Positions 1-11,452 of a DNA stretch of 64,000 nt are shown here, one piece after another (the first letter of the stretch is position 1; every line of letters begins with the position of its first letter). Origin of the DNA: Candidatus Multivorans sp. (GTDB lineage Bacteria > Acidobacteriota > Thermoanaerobaculia > Multivoradales > Multivoraceae). The stretch is taken from the NCBI GenBank assembly GCA_965247095.1, contig OZ251997.1:352001-416000 (forward strand), read 5' to 3'. Below the pieces are notes generated by a model, which had not been told where the DNA came from, made no database searches, and saw only the letters and a list, made by a program, of their open reading frames with translations. The translations under genes and the position numbers were made by a program.

Positions 1-2
1 GG

Positions 3-389
3 CCGGTCGGGCCGGACGCGGAGTTCTCGACCTGGCAGGAGTTCCACCGCGAGCACCGCGCCTGGTCGAACGGCTTCCGAGCCGACAACGTGAGCTTCAT
101 CGTCTACAACATTCCCGACTACGAGCCGGTGGCGCCGTGGTGGCCGCAGGATGCGGCGCCGCTGCGCGAGCTGGAGCCTCAGCGGGGGAGGGCGATCGAC
201 CACTTCGCCTTCTCCTACCGGGAGATCGAACCGGTGTTCGAACGGCTGCGGGCGGCGGGGGTCGAGATCCTGGCGCCGATCACCTACCGGCCGGAACTCA
301 AGATGCGGAGCTTCTTCGCGATGGGCCCGGACAAGGTAGCGGTCGAGGTCGTCGAAGCGAAGCCGATCCCCGAAGGCGTGTGGGACTGA
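3..389 (+). CDS. VOC/glyoxalase-family protein, 5'-truncated by the window edge
   Basis: Frame is open from base 3. C-terminal VOC pattern IDHFAFS...LRAAGVEI...SFFAMGPDKVAVEVVE. Confidence 0.7.
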   Translation, partial: PVGPDAEFSTWQEFHREHRAWSNGFRADNVSFIVYNIPDYEPVAPWWPQDAAPLRELEPQRGRAIDHFAFSYREIEPVFERLRAAGVEILAPITYRPELKMRSFFAMGPDKVAVEVVEAKPIPEGVWD

Positions 390-1698
390 GCTACCTGTTA
401 AAGTCCGCCTGCCGACCGAAACAACTCGCTTTGGCAAAGCTGGAGACCTGCATGAGCCGCTCGATCGCTGCACTTCTCGTTCTTGGCGCCCTGGGTCTCG
501 CTTCCGTGGCGGTCGCCGAAGACACCGGCGAGGCGGCCACCTTCCACGAGCACGTGCTGCCGATCTTCCAGCAGAGCTGCCAGACCTGCCATCGCCCGGG
601 CGGCGACAACGTCGCCGGAATGGTGGCGCCGATGTCCCTGATGACCTACGAGGAGACGCGGCCGTGGGCCCGCTCGATCGCGCGCCTGGTCCAGAGCCGC
701 GAGATGCCTCCGTGGGACGCGACAGACCACACGGCCGGCGTCTTCGCCAACGAGCGGACACTGAACCAGGAGGAGATCGACACGATCGTGGCCTGGGCGG
801 GACGCGGCGCGCCGAAGGGCGATCCGGCCAAGGGGCCGGCCCCGCGCAAGTTCCAGGACACCGGCGGCTTCCTGATCGGCAAGCCGGACCTGATCGTCTA
901 CCTGGAGGAGCCTCACTTCGTCGGCGATGACGTGGAGGACGAACAGCCCAACTTCTACATCACGCTGACCGAGGAGATGCTGCCCGAGCCGCGCTGGATT
1001 CAGGCAATCGAATACCAGCCGGATGCCGCGTTCGTCCATCACATCACCGGCCGGGCCCTGATCCCGAACGAGGACGGCGAGGTCGACGTGCTGAGGGAGA
1101 ACACGTTCTCGCTCGGCTCGATCGCGGCCGGAGAGGATCCGACGGTCTACCCGCCCGGCTTCGGCAACCAGTTGCGCGCCGGCATGGTGGTCCGTCTGAA
1201 CGTCCACTACCACAAGGAACCGGGCCCGGGCACCGCGGGTCACGATCGTTCCGCAGTCGCTTTCAGGTTCCATCCGGTCGGCGCCGACGTGAAGCACACG
1301 GTGACCTGGAACACGGTCGGCGCGGGCGCCTTCGAGATTCCGCCGGGCCACGGACGCTGGCGTGTCGGGTCGTCCAAGGTGTTCGAGAAAGACACCGTGC
1401 TGCTGTCGCTCCATCCACACATGCACTTCCGCGGCGAGAGCATGAAGTACACGGCGCACTACCCGGATGGCGGCGCCGAAGTGCTCCTCGACGTCCCGCA
1501 GTACGACTACAATTGGCAGACGAACTACATCTACCGTCAGCCCAAGGTGCTGCCGGCCGGGACCCGGGTGGAGATCGAAGCGATCTACGACAACTCGGAG
1601 ACCAAGCTCGACGAGTACCCGTTCCTGAACATCGAGCGCGCCGTGGACTGGGGCGCCCAGAGCACGGACGAGATGATGGCGCCCTTCCTGGCCTGGAC

Positions 1699-2283
<585 letters not shown>

Positions 2284-2352
2284 GCCGGCATCGTAGCGGA
2301 GGGAAGGCGGTAGCGATTCGGGCTCCGGCGCGTACCGGTACACTGCGCGCCC

Positions 2353-3225
2353 ATGAGATTCGGACTCAGGTACTGCAACACCGGCCGCTTCGTCGATCCG
2401 GGCCTGGCGGTGGAACTGGCCCAGGCCGCCGACGAGGCCGGCTTCGAGTCGATCTGGACCGTCGAGCACACGGTCGTTCCGGGCGGGTACGAATCGGCGT
2501 ATCCCTATTCGCCCGACGGCAAGATGGCCGGCGGCCGGGACGACTTTCCGCTCCCGGATCCGCTGATCTGGATGGCGTTCGTCGCTTCGCAGACGCGGCG
2601 GATCCGGTTCGCGACCGGAATCCTGATCGTGCCTCAGCACAACCCCGTGACTGCCGCCAAACAGATCGCCACCCTGGACCACATGACGGGTGGGCGTCTC
2701 CTTCTGGGCATCGGCGTCGGCTGGTTGAAGGAGGAGTTCGACGCGATCGGCGTCTCCTTCGGCGACCGTGGCCGGCGCACGGACGAGTACATCGAGGCAA
2801 TGCGGGAGCTCTGGGGCGCGGAGAGGCCGACCTACCAAGGCGAGTTCGTCCAGTTCGAGGCCGCCTACTGCCGCCCGCAGCCGGTGACCGGGAGCGTCCC
2901 GATCATTGTCGGCGGACACTCCAAGGTCGCGGCACGGCGCGCCGGCCGTCTGGGCGACGGCTTCTTCCCGGCGCGTGGCGCCTCGGCCGAACTGATCGGA
3001 CTGGCACGCGACGTGGCCGCGGCACACGGCCGCGACCCGGAGGCGCTCGAGATCACCACCGGCATCGGCGAAGACCTTTCGAGCCTGCGTTCGCTGGCGG
3101 ACCTCGGGGTCGGGCGGGTCCTGGTGCCGGTGGCGCCGATGCCCGGCATGGGCCTGCACCTCGGCCGGCCCGAGAACGCGCAGTCGCTCATGGACCAGCT
3201 CCTCGAGGCGGCGCCGCCGGAGTAG
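2353..3225 (+). CDS. LLM-class (probably F420-dependent) oxidoreductase
   Basis: [39 protein letters not shown] motifs. Confidence 0.85.
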   Translation: MRFGLRYCNTGRFVDPGLAVELAQAADEAGFESIWTVEHTVVPGGYESAYPYSPDGKMAGGRDDFPLPDPLIWMAFVASQTRRIRFATGILIVPQHNPVTAAKQIATLDHMTGGRLLLGIGVGWLKEEFDAIGVSFGDRGRRTDEYIEAMRELWGAERPTYQGEFVQFEAAYCRPQPVTGSVPIIVGGHSKVAARRAGRLGDGFFPARGASAELIGLARDVAAAHGRDPEALEITTGIGEDLSSLRSLADLGVGRVLVPVAPMPGMGLHLGRPENAQSLMDQLLEAAPPE

Positions 3226-3235
3226 TCAATAGAGT

Positions 3236-4561
3236 TTGCGGTTTCGAGCACTATCGTCCTTCGCGCTCTCGGCGCTCCTTCTCGGGGGATGCTCCGGCCC
3301 CGGCGCGCCGCCTTGGCACGCGGTCCATCTGACCTGGCAGGGCGACACGTCGACGACGATGACCGTCAACCTGGTGGTCGAAGCGGATGGCGTTGGGGAG
3401 AGGCTGCCCCGGAGCGCCAGTGTCGATTGGCAGCCTTCGGGGGCGGACGGTGAACCGTATTCGATTTCAGGGGAACCGGTCGAGATCCCAGGCGTACCGG
3501 ACGTTCGGGTGTACCGGTTCGAGTTGCGTGGCCTGGAACCCGGGGCCAGCTACGACTTCCGGATCGCGCTCGACGAACGCCCCGCGGGCGGGTGGGGCAG
3601 CTTCCGCACGATGCCGCGGGAGGGCCCGGTGCGCATGGCTGCCGGCGGGGACGTGGGCGCCGAGCCGCTCTCGCTCGCCCTGCTGGCTCAGGCGGCGCGA
3701 CAGTCGCCGCACCTGCTGGCAATCGGTGGCGACCTCGCCTACGCCAACGGTTTGACCTCGAACTGGCCGCGGTGGCGGGCCTGGTTGGAGCACGTCACCG
3801 AGGCGTTGGTCACGCCCGATGGCCACACGGTTCCCCTGGTGCTCGCGATCGGCAACCACGAAGTGAACGTCGGCCGTGACGGCGGGGTTTCTGAGTCGGC
3901 GTCGGCCGAACAGAAGGCGCCCTTTTACTTCGCGCTCTTCGCCCAGGACCAGGGCGGCGGGGGACAGGGGACGGCCGGCGGTGCGACCTACTTCCGCCGC
4001 GGCCTGGGCTCGGTGGGGGTCCTCTACGTGCTGGACAGCGGGCATCTGGTGTCCCATGAGGAACAGGGTGTCTGGCTGGCGGAGCGCATGGAGGCCGACG
4101 CGGGACTGCCGAACAGGCTTGCGCTCTACCACGTGCCGCTCTACCCGGCTCACCGGTCGTACGAGGACTCGGCCGGCGGCCGTGCCGCGTGGGAGGAGGT
4201 GTTCCACCGCGGCGGACTGACGGTCGCATTCGAGAACCACGACCACGTGTTCAAGCGCAGCCACCCGATCCGCTTGGGCGAGGTGGTCGAGGAGGGCGAG
4301 GGCGTGCTCTACCTCGGCGACGGCTGCATGGGCCAGGACGCACGCACCGTCGACGTGGAGGAACGTTGGTACATCGCCAGGTCGGCCAGCGAGCCGCACT
4401 TCTGGACCGCTGAACTCTCGGGCGAGGGCGCGACATTCCGCGCCTTCGACGAGGAGGGCCGTTTGCTCGACCTGGTCTCGACCGGCGGTGTTGCGCCGCC
4501 GCCCGACGCCGGGGTTGTTCTGCCGGAACTCGACCGAATCGTCGAGACGCCCGGGCCATAG
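3236..4561 (+). CDS. Purple-acid-phosphatase-type metallophosphoesterase lipoprotein with N-terminal FN3-like domain
   Basis: Lipobox LLGGC; motifs GDVG, GDLAY, GNHE, HVPLY, NHDH. Confidence 0.85.
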   Translation: MRFRALSSFALSALLLGGCSGPGAPPWHAVHLTWQGDTSTTMTVNLVVEADGVGERLPRSASVDWQPSGADGEPYSISGEPVEIPGVPDVRVYRFELRGLEPGASYDFRIALDERPAGGWGSFRTMPREGPVRMAAGGDVGAEPLSLALLAQAARQSPHLLAIGGDLAYANGLTSNWPRWRAWLEHVTEALVTPDGHTVPLVLAIGNHEVNVGRDGGVSESASAEQKAPFYFALFAQDQGGGGQGTAGGATYFRRGLGSVGVLYVLDSGHLVSHEEQGVWLAERMEADAGLPNRLALYHVPLYPAHRSYEDSAGGRAAWEEVFHRGGLTVAFENHDHVFKRSHPIRLGEVVEEGEGVLYLGDGCMGQDARTVDVEERWYIARSASEPHFWTAELSGEGATFRAFDEEGRLLDLVSTGGVAPPPDAGVVLPELDRIVETPGP

Positions 4562-4604
4562 CCAACTCGCGGCCGTCCCCACCTCCGCCTCGAGAGCGTT
4601 CTAG

Positions 4605-7052
4605 CTACTTCGAGCTACTGGCCTTCCGCAGGCCCAGGTGCGTGTCGGACCACCGCAGCATCTCCGCCACCACGTGCAACACCGACTCGCGGGCCGCGTA
4701 GCCGTGGGACTCGTGGGGCAGGGTGACGTAGCGGACGGTGGCGCCGTGGCCCTTCAGGGCCTGGTAGAAGCGCTCGGACTGCATCGGGAAGGTGCCGGAG
4801 TTGTTGTCGATCTCGCCGTGCAGCAGCAGGATCGGCTCGTTCACCTTTTCGGCGTGGAAGAACGGCGACATCGCGGCGTAGATGTGCTGGGCCTCCCAGA
4901 ACGTGCGGCGCTCGTTCTGGAAGCCGAACGGGGTGAGTGAGCGGTTGTAGGCGCCGCTGCGGGCGATGCCGGCCGCGAACAGGTCGGAGTGGGCGAGCAG
5001 GTTGGCGGTCATGAAGGCGCCGTAGCTGTGGCCGCCGACGGCGATCCGGTCGCGGTCGGCGACGCCGAGTTCGACGACGGCGTCGATGGCGGCCGCGGCG
5101 CTTGACACGAGCTGTTCGATGTAGGTGTCGTTGGCCGTCTCGCCCTCGCCGATGATCGGCATCGTCGGACCGTCCAGGATCGCGTAGCCCTGGGTGAGCA
5201 GAAGCAGGTGCGTGGCGCCTCCGAGCCTGGTGAATCGGTGCGGCGAACCGCTGACCTGGCTGGCCGCGTCGGGATTCGTGTACTCGCGGGGATAGGCCCA
5301 GAGCAGCATCGGCGGCCGGTCGCCCTCGCGGTGGCCCGGCGGCAGGTAGAGGGTGGCGGAGAGGCCGGTGCCGTCGCTCCGCTTGTAGGTGATGAGACGC
5401 TTCTCGATCTGCCGCAGGATCGGCGTCGGATCGCTGAAGTCGGTCAGCGCCCGTCGGTCGCCGCTCGCGGTCTCGCGGATGAAGTAGTTCGGGGGCTCCG
5501 TCTTGCTCTCGCGCCGGGTGAGCAGGGTCTTGCCGTCGTCCGAGAGGACCGCGACCACGGTCTCGTAGGTCTCGGGTTCGGTGCGGAAGAGCCGCTCGGT
5601 CTGAAGAGTCCGCAGATCGAGGCGGTCAATGAACGGCCGGTCGCCTTCGGGCGATGCGCCCGCGCCGCTCAGATAGATCGATCTCCCGTCCTGCAGAAGA
5701 GTCGCGCCGGCGGCGCCGCCGCCGGGGCGGCGGAGCGGGAAGCCCGGATCGCCGTAGCGGTCTTCGGCGCTGCGGTCGAACAGCGGCCGCGGCTCGTCGC
5801 CGTCGACGTCGAGCAGGGCGGTGCGGGTCCAGCGCGTCGGGCGGTCGAACTCGTTGACCAGCGCGGTACCGTCGGCGGTCCAGGAGATGCCGGAGAACCG
5901 GTACTCGGTGCGCGTCAGCTCACGCGGCTCGCCGTCGAACGGCGCGGCGAGGGTGTACACGTAGTCGCGGTGCGGCACTTCGGCCTTCGGATCGCCGCCG
6001 TCCTGCGCCTCGCTCCAGACCAGGGTCGCCGGCGCGGTGGGATTCCAGCGATGGCCTCGGGGGCCGGTGGGGACACCGCCGATCGGCACGGCGTCCGCGA
6101 GAGGCAGGGTCGCCAACGTGACCGCGTCGCCGGCCAGAGTCCAGACCTCGACGGAGCGCGCGAACCGGCTGGCCGGGTGCAACCACGAGAACGGACGCAC
6201 AAGGCGCTCGATGAGCACGTGGCGGCTGTCCGGCGCGGCCGAGACGCGGGCGTAGAGGCCCGGTTCACCGATCGCGGTCCGCGCGCCCGTGGCCAGAGCA
6301 ACCGTCTCGATCTGGCTCGTGAAGTGGTACTCGAACAGGGCTTCGTCGTGGGGGTTGGCAAGCAGATCCTGGTAGGTGCGGACCGGCGCCGCGCGCCCGC
6401 CCGCGTGTTCCTGGATGTTCGGGCCGTCCGGCTGCCGCGGCGGTGAGGGCGGCGTTCCGCGGGCGGATCGCCGGAAGCGGCAGAGCACGCCGGTCGAGTC
6501 GAAGAGCCACTCGCAAGGGTTGCCCCAGGTGGCGTTGAGCGAGGCGACGGTCAGCGGGCGTGGCTGGCCGGACGCGACGTCGACGACCCAGAGTTCGATC
6601 CCCGTGTCCCGGAGGACCGCGTACGAGAGGTGCGAGCCGTCCGGGGAGAACTCCGGCCAGCCGAGGGTCGTGCCCCGGGGAGCGTCGATGCGCACGCCAT
6701 CATCGCCGGCGCTTGCTTCGTCGCTGACAGCGTCGAGGCGGCGGACGGTCAGCGCCGCAATCTCCGGCGCACGCCAGGGGCCGCTGTTCCGCGGATCGAT
6801 CCGGTAGCCGGCCAACCGCTCCAAGGGGCGCGCCTGCCACCCGATCGGCGGCATGCTCCCCTGCTCGATCAGCACGATGACGTCGCGCGTCGGACCGACG
6901 AGAACGCCCGGCGTCGGCGGCGCGTCGAGGATGTCGACGATCTCCTGCGGGGGTGGGAGATAGCCGTTTTCGGCGACGCCGGCCTGCGCGGCAGCCGAAT
7001 CGGTGGCCGCAAACAGGATGGCCGGCAAGGTGAGGGCGGTAGTGAGCTTCAT
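4605..7052 (-). CDS. S9 family (prolyl oligopeptidase-type) secreted peptidase
   Basis: Signal peptide, beta-propeller-like region, GHSYG nucleophile, Asp in GEIDNN, His in HESHGY. Confidence 0.9.
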   Translation of the reverse strand: MKLTTALTLPAILFAATDSAAAQAGVAENGYLPPPQEIVDILDAPPTPGVLVGPTRDVIVLIEQGSMPPIGWQARPLERLAGYRIDPRNSGPWRAPEIAALTVRRLDAVSDEASAGDDGVRIDAPRGTTLGWPEFSPDGSHLSYAVLRDTGIELWVVDVASGQPRPLTVASLNATWGNPCEWLFDSTGVLCRFRRSARGTPPSPPRQPDGPNIQEHAGGRAAPVRTYQDLLANPHDEALFEYHFTSQIETVALATGARTAIGEPGLYARVSAAPDSRHVLIERLVRPFSWLHPASRFARSVEVWTLAGDAVTLATLPLADAVPIGGVPTGPRGHRWNPTAPATLVWSEAQDGGDPKAEVPHRDYVYTLAAPFDGEPRELTRTEYRFSGISWTADGTALVNEFDRPTRWTRTALLDVDGDEPRPLFDRSAEDRYGDPGFPLRRPGGGAAGATLLQDGRSIYLSGAGASPEGDRPFIDRLDLRTLQTERLFRTEPETYETVVAVLSDDGKTLLTRRESKTEPPNYFIRETASGDRRALTDFSDPTPILRQIEKRLITYKRSDGTGLSATLYLPPGHREGDRPPMLLWAYPREYTNPDAASQVSGSPHRFTRLGGATHLLLLTQGYAILDGPTMPIIGEGETANDTYIEQLVSSAAAAIDAVVELGVADRDRIAVGGHSYGAFMTANLLAHSDLFAAGIARSGAYNRSLTPFGFQNERRTFWEAQHIYAAMSPFFHAEKVNEPILLLHGEIDNNSGTFPMQSERFYQALKGHGATVRYVTLPHESHGYAARESVLHVVAEMLRWSDTHLGLRKASSSK

Positions 7053-7115
7053 GACGGGTTCCTCATCGGTAGTCGCGGAGCATTATCGCCCATCGTCTGT
7101 TGCCGGATCCGTCCC

Positions 7116-7151
7116 TTGACCCAACTGGCGAAGCTGGTCTAAGTTGGACCA
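7116..7151 (+). promoter_or_regulatory. Putative sigma70 promoter with overlapping operator palindrome for the vapBC(-glnE) operon
   Basis: TTGACC(7116)-N18-TAAGTT(7140). Imperfect inverted repeat TGGTCTAA-G-TTGGACCA (7135-7151) covers the -10, typical of TA autorepression. Confidence 0.55.
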
Positions 7152-7182
7152 CATTGGTGAGGAACCCCTGAGGAGAGTCCCC

Positions 7183-7473
7183 ATGACCATTGGCCCCGAT
7201 TCTGAACGAGCTTGGACAGTCGCCGAGGCCAAGGCGCGCCTGTCGGAAATCCTCCGTCTCGCGCAGGAGGAAGGGCCCCAGCAGATCGGAAAGCGCAACA
7301 CCTTCGTCGTCGTTCCGAAGAGCGAGTGGGACCGACGTTCGACGCCGCAGAAGCCGCTGGGGCAATGGCTGGTCGAGAACGCGCCTCGCGGTATCGAGCT
7401 GGAGCTTCCCGACAGGAAGAACGAGCCGGAGCGAGAGATTCCCTTCCAGACCGAGGAGTGGGATTGGGAGTGA
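7183..7473 (+). CDS. Type II antitoxin, Phd/YefM family
   Basis: RBS AGGAGA; WTVAEAKARLSEILRLAQEEGPQQI is Phd-like; stop overlaps the toxin start (GTGA). Confidence 0.85.
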   Translation: MTIGPDSERAWTVAEAKARLSEILRLAQEEGPQQIGKRNTFVVVPKSEWDRRSTPQKPLGQWLVENAPRGIELELPDRKNEPEREIPFQTEEWDWE

Positions 7474-7889
7474 GGGGGTTTCTCCTCGACACGAATGTCG
7501 TCTCGGAGGTCGTCAGGCCTGCCCCTGATCTGCAGGTCGTCGCGTTTCTGAACTCAAGAAGCGACTTGTGGCTCTCGGCCGTTGTTGTCTATGAGTTGAA
7601 CTTCGGGTTGGAGCTCCTTCCCGCTGGGCGTCGTCGGCGCAACCTCGGCGCGTTCCTGTCGGCGGTCCAGGCCGACTTCGGGAACCGGCTCCTCCCCTTG
7701 GGCCAGCCCGAGGCTCAGCACGCGGCAAGTCTGCGTGCGCGAGCACGCCTCTCGGGCCGGAACGCCAGCGTGGCCGATGCGCTGATCGCCGGAACCGCGG
7801 CCGTGCACGAGCTGGTGGTTGCGACCAGGAACGTCTCCGACTTCGACAGCCTGGGCGTTGACGCCGTCAGTCCGTGGGCGCCCTTGTGA
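7470..7889 (+). CDS. vapC: PIN-domain VapC toxin
   Basis: FLLDTNVVSE, VYEL, ADALIAGTA, ATRNVSDF: acidic PIN residues intact. Confidence 0.9.
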   Translation: MRGFLLDTNVVSEVVRPAPDLQVVAFLNSRSDLWLSAVVVYELNFGLELLPAGRRRRNLGAFLSAVQADFGNRLLPLGQPEAQHAASLRARARLSGRNASVADALIAGTAAVHELVVATRNVSDFDSLGVDAVSPWAPL

Positions 7890-10800
7890 ACTCCCGCCTT
7901 GAAGATGCGATCGAGGCCCTTCAGGCCATGCACATCGAAGACGCCGAGGATCCGCGGCAGACCCTGGCGCTGGCCCAGCGCGACATCCTGGGCGAGTACT
8001 CGCCGGCCTACATGCGGTGGCTGGACGCGCACCCGGAGGCGGAAGAGGGGCTGTTTCCGGTCGAGGAGGAATCGGCGAGGGAGCAGCGCGAGCGGATGTC
8101 GGGACTTCGCCCGGCGCCGGGCGAGGACATCCGGCGCTGGCTGCGTTTCCTGCGCTACCGGGAGTTGATCCGGGTGGCCGTTGCCGACTTCAGCGGTCTC
8201 GACGACTTCGATACGACGACGGCGAAGATCTCCCAGGTCGCGGATGTCTGCATTCAGCGAGCCCTTGAGGAGACGGGGCTTGATCGGGCGCCGTTCGCGG
8301 TCATTGCGATGGGCAAGTGGGGTGGCCTGGAGGTCAACTACAGCTCGGACGTCGACGCCCTCTTCGTCGCCTCGGACGATGTCGACCAGGAGGCTCTGCA
8401 CCGGCTGCAGCGGCAGGCGCCTCAACTGATCCGCCTGATCTCGGACAGTACGGCGGACGGCTTCGTGTTCCGCGTCGACATGCGCTTGCGGCCGGAAGGG
8501 AAGATGGGCCCGCTGGTGCGCACGGTGGGGCAGTACCTCCGCTTCTACGAGCGCTACGGCATGACCTGGACCTTCCAGGCGCTGATCAAGGCGCGCTTCG
8601 CGGCCGGCGACGCGGCGGCGGGCAAGAGCCTGATCGACGGCACGCGGCGCTTCGTCTTCAACCCGGAGAGGCCGCCGGAGACCCTGCTGCGCGAGGTCTT
8701 CGACATGAAGCAGATGATCGAGAAGTCGCTCCGTTCCCGGGGCACCGACATCGGCAACGTGAAGCTCGGTGCCGGCAGCATCCGCGACATCGAGTTCATC
8801 GTCCAGTTGCTTCAGCTTTACCACGGCGCCGCCAACAAGAGTCTCCGCTCGGCCAACACGCTGCGGGCGATGGCGCGGCTCCGGTCGCACCGTGTCATCA
8901 CCGATGACGAGCACGATGAGTTGCACGAGGCGTACGTTTTTCTGCGGGTGGTGGAGCACGTGCTTCAGTTGGAGCGGGATCTGCCTGTGCGCCAACTGCC
9001 GCAGGACCCGAAGCAGTGGGCGACGTTCCAGTGGCGCGTGGCTTTCGCCCTGCGCCAGCCTCTGGACACGCTCGATCTCGGCCGTCGCTATGAGCAGACG
9101 GCGGCCACGGTTCGCCGTATCTTCGGCGAGTTCTTCGAGGAGACGATCGAACTCCTGGAGCGCAAGCAGCAGGTGCGCGAGTTGTGCCCTGCCCTGCCCG
9201 CCGAGGTCGTCGACGAGCACTTCAGGCGGCTTGAGAGAGGCTACTTTCTGAGCTTCCCGGTCGAGGACGTGGCGCGCCACCTGGAGATGATCCACGAACT
9301 CGATTCCGATCGGCTGTGCCGGGTCGATGTGCGCTACGTCGGCTCGACGCGGCGGGTGACCGTGGTCGCAAACGACTACCAGGGCGAGTTCGCCAAGATC
9401 TGCGGCCTGCTCGCGGCCTACGGACAGTCGATCCTGAGCGGCAGTTCCTACACCTATCAGGATGTCGGCGACATCGGACTGTACCGGCGGCCTAGGCGAG
9501 TCCCGCGGCGCCGGCCGGAGCGGCGCCGGAACCGGCGCCGGCGGCGCGGGGCGCCGGCGCGCCCGCGAAAGAAGCAGGGCCCAACCCGGATCGTGTACTC
9601 GGCCGAGGTCCAGCCGGCGCCCGAACGGTCGAGCCACGTCTTTTCCTGGACCGAGTTCGAGCAGGACCTGAACCGGTTGCTCGTGCTCCTGGAGAAGGGC
9701 GATGCACGCCGTGCCAACGAGGAACTGACCCTGCGGGTCATGGAGGCGGCGCGCCGGATGGACCTCGGCGCCCAGGCGGACAAGGTGCTGCCGCCGATCG
9801 CCATCTCCGTCGACAACGAGTCGGACGAACATTGCACCATTCTGGAGATTCGAAGTCAGGACAGCTTCATGTTCCTGTTCGAGTTCGCGAACGTCCTCTC
9901 GACCCGGGACTACTGGATCGACAAGGTCGAGTTCGAGACGGTGGACGGCGAGGTGCGTGATCGCCTGTTCGTGACCACCCGGCGCGGCGGGAAGATCGAG
10001 GACCGGGTCGGAGTCGACAATCTGCGTCTGACGGTGACCCTGATGAAGCAGTTCGCGCGCCGGCTGGCGGTGGCGCCGAACCCGCACCTGGCTCTGCGGC
10101 AGTTCGGGGCGCTGATCGACGCGGCGTGCGAACAGGTTGCCGATCCGACCCACGCGCTCGCGTCGTCGCTGGACGAACTGGCGCGGGTCCTGGGGGCCGG
10201 CAGCTACGTCTGGGAAGAGTTCCTGCGCCGGCAACACGAGAGCCTGATGCCGCTGCTCGCCAACATGGCCGACCTGGATTTCGGCGCCGACAGAGGAGAG
10301 CTGGAGCGCCGGCTGGACGCGGCGCTCGAAGGCCCGGAGACGCCGGACGACATCCTCAACCGGTTCAAGGACGACGAGATCGGGCGCATCGACATGCGCC
10401 ACCTGACGCGCAGGATTGAGCATTTCAGCGACTTCGGCGCTGAACTCTCGACCCTCTCCGACGTGGTGCTGACCCGTGGCGCGGAGGAAGCGGTGGCCGA
10501 GGTCGCCGCCGGCGGACCGGCGCCTGGAGCGTGGTCTCTGTGTGCGCTCGGCAAGTGGGGCGGACGCGATCTCGGCTACGCCTCGGACATCGAGCTGATG
10601 TTCGTCTGGGATGCCGAAGGGTCGGAACAGGTCCGGTCCGGAGAACTCTACGAGCGCGCGGCGATGCGGCTGGCGCGCCTGATCCGCGCCAAGCGGGACG
10701 GGATCTTCGAGCTGGACTGGCGCCTGCGTCCCGGCGGCTCGTCCTCGCCGCTGTCGGCGTCGTTCCAGCGGTTCTCCTCGTACTACAGCTCCGACGGCGG

Positions 10801-11374
10801 CGCCGACCCGTACGAACGTCAGGCGCTGGTTCGGCTCCGCGCGGTCGCGGGCGATCCGGAGCTGTGCGCCCGTATCGAGGCGCACCGGCGGGACTACGTG
10901 TTCGATCCGCGGCCGCACGACGTGGCGCGCATCCGGCACCTGCGAAACCGGCAACGATCCGAACTCACAGCACCCGGTACGACGAACGCGAAGTTCAGCG
11001 CCGGCGGCCTGGTCGACGCCGAGTACTTCGTGCAGGTGCGGCAGATCGCGGCCGGCGCGGGCGACCCCGAAGTGCGGCAGACCAACACCCTGGAAGCGGT
11101 CCGCGCGCTGTACGACCGCGGCCACATCTCGCGTGACGAGTTCGAGCAGGTCGAGGCGGGATACCGGCTGCTGCGGGCGGTGATCAATTGCCTGCGCATC
11201 GTCCGCGGCAACAGCAAGGACCTGGTCATTCCCGCCCGGCAGACCAGCGAGTTCCGCTTCCTCGCGCGACGTCTGCACAGCCTGGGCCAGTTGCCGGACG
11301 AAGAGGGAGCGTGGGATCGGATCGCCGAGCGGATGGGCAGCCTGCAGCGTCTCTTCGACGGCCTTTCGGACTGA
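7886..11374 (+). CDS. glnE: Glutamine synthetase adenylyltransferase/adenylyl-removing enzyme with internal GlnD-type ACT domains
   Basis: Two nucleotidyltransferase motifs (MGKWGGLEVNYSSDVD; LGKWGGRDLGYASDIE), DxRLRP twice, and two ACT-like segments between the halves. GTG7886 overlaps the vapC stop. Confidence 0.85.
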   Translation: MNSRLEDAIEALQAMHIEDAEDPRQTLALAQRDILGEYSPAYMRWLDAHPEAEEGLFPVEEESAREQRERMSGLRPAPGEDIRRWLRFLRYRELIRVAVADFSGLDDFDTTTAKISQVADVCIQRALEETGLDRAPFAVIAMGKWGGLEVNYSSDVDALFVASDDVDQEALHRLQRQAPQLIRLISDSTADGFVFRVDMRLRPEGKMGPLVRTVGQYLRFYERYGMTWTFQALIKARFAAGDAAAGKSLIDGTRRFVFNPERPPETLLREVFDMKQMIEKSLRSRGTDIGNVKLGAGSIRDIEFIVQLLQLYHGAANKSLRSANTLRAMARLRSHRVITDDEHDELHEAYVFLRVVEHVLQLERDLPVRQLPQDPKQWATFQWRVAFALRQPLDTLDLGRRYEQTAATVRRIFGEFFEETIELLERKQQVRELCPALPAEVVDEHFRRLERGYFLSFPVEDVARHLEMIHELDSDRLCRVDVRYVGSTRRVTVVANDYQGEFAKICGLLAAYGQSILSGSSYTYQDVGDIGLYRRPRRVPRRRPERRRNRRRRRGAPARPRKKQGPTRIVYSAEVQPAPERSSHVFSWTEFEQDLNRLLVLLEKGDARRANEELTLRVMEAARRMDLGAQADKVLPPIAISVDNESDEHCTILEIRSQDSFMFLFEFANVLSTRDYWIDKVEFETVDGEVRDRLFVTTRRGGKIEDRVGVDNLRLTVTLMKQFARRLAVAPNPHLALRQFGALIDAACEQVADPTHALASSLDELARVLGAGSYVWEEFLRRQHESLMPLLANMADLDFGADRGELERRLDAALEGPETPDDILNRFKDDEIGRIDMRHLTRRIEHFSDFGAELSTLSDVVLTRGAEEAVAEVAAGGPAPGAWSLCALGKWGGRDLGYASDIELMFVWDAEGSEQVRSGELYERAAMRLARLIRAKRDGIFELDWRLRPGGSSSPLSASFQRFSSYYSSDGGADPYERQALVRLRAVAGDPELCARIEAHRRDYVFDPRPHDVARIRHLRNRQRSELTAPGTTNAKFSAGGLVDAEYFVQVRQIAAGAGDPEVRQTNTLEAVRALYDRGHISRDEFEQVEAGYRLLRAVINCLRIVRGNSKDLVIPARQTSEFRFLARRLHSLGQLPDEEGAWDRIAERMGSLQRLFDGLSD

Positions 11375-11452
11375 GTGGCCGGCACACACAAAGAGAAGCG
11401 CGCCGGGGAGCAGCAAGCTCCCGCGGCGCGCGCCTCGTGTGATGCGATGCAG

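Noticed and set aside
7183-7889. TA module as evidence of a mobile element or island
   Set aside because: No integrase, transposase, terminal repeats or att-like duplications seen nearby.
7715-11416. 1233-aa minus-strand ORF and many other long overlapping ORFs (e.g. 13394-15202, 27429-28901)
   Set aside because: Antisense or shadow frames of well-supported genes; expected at high GC and without recognisable motifs.
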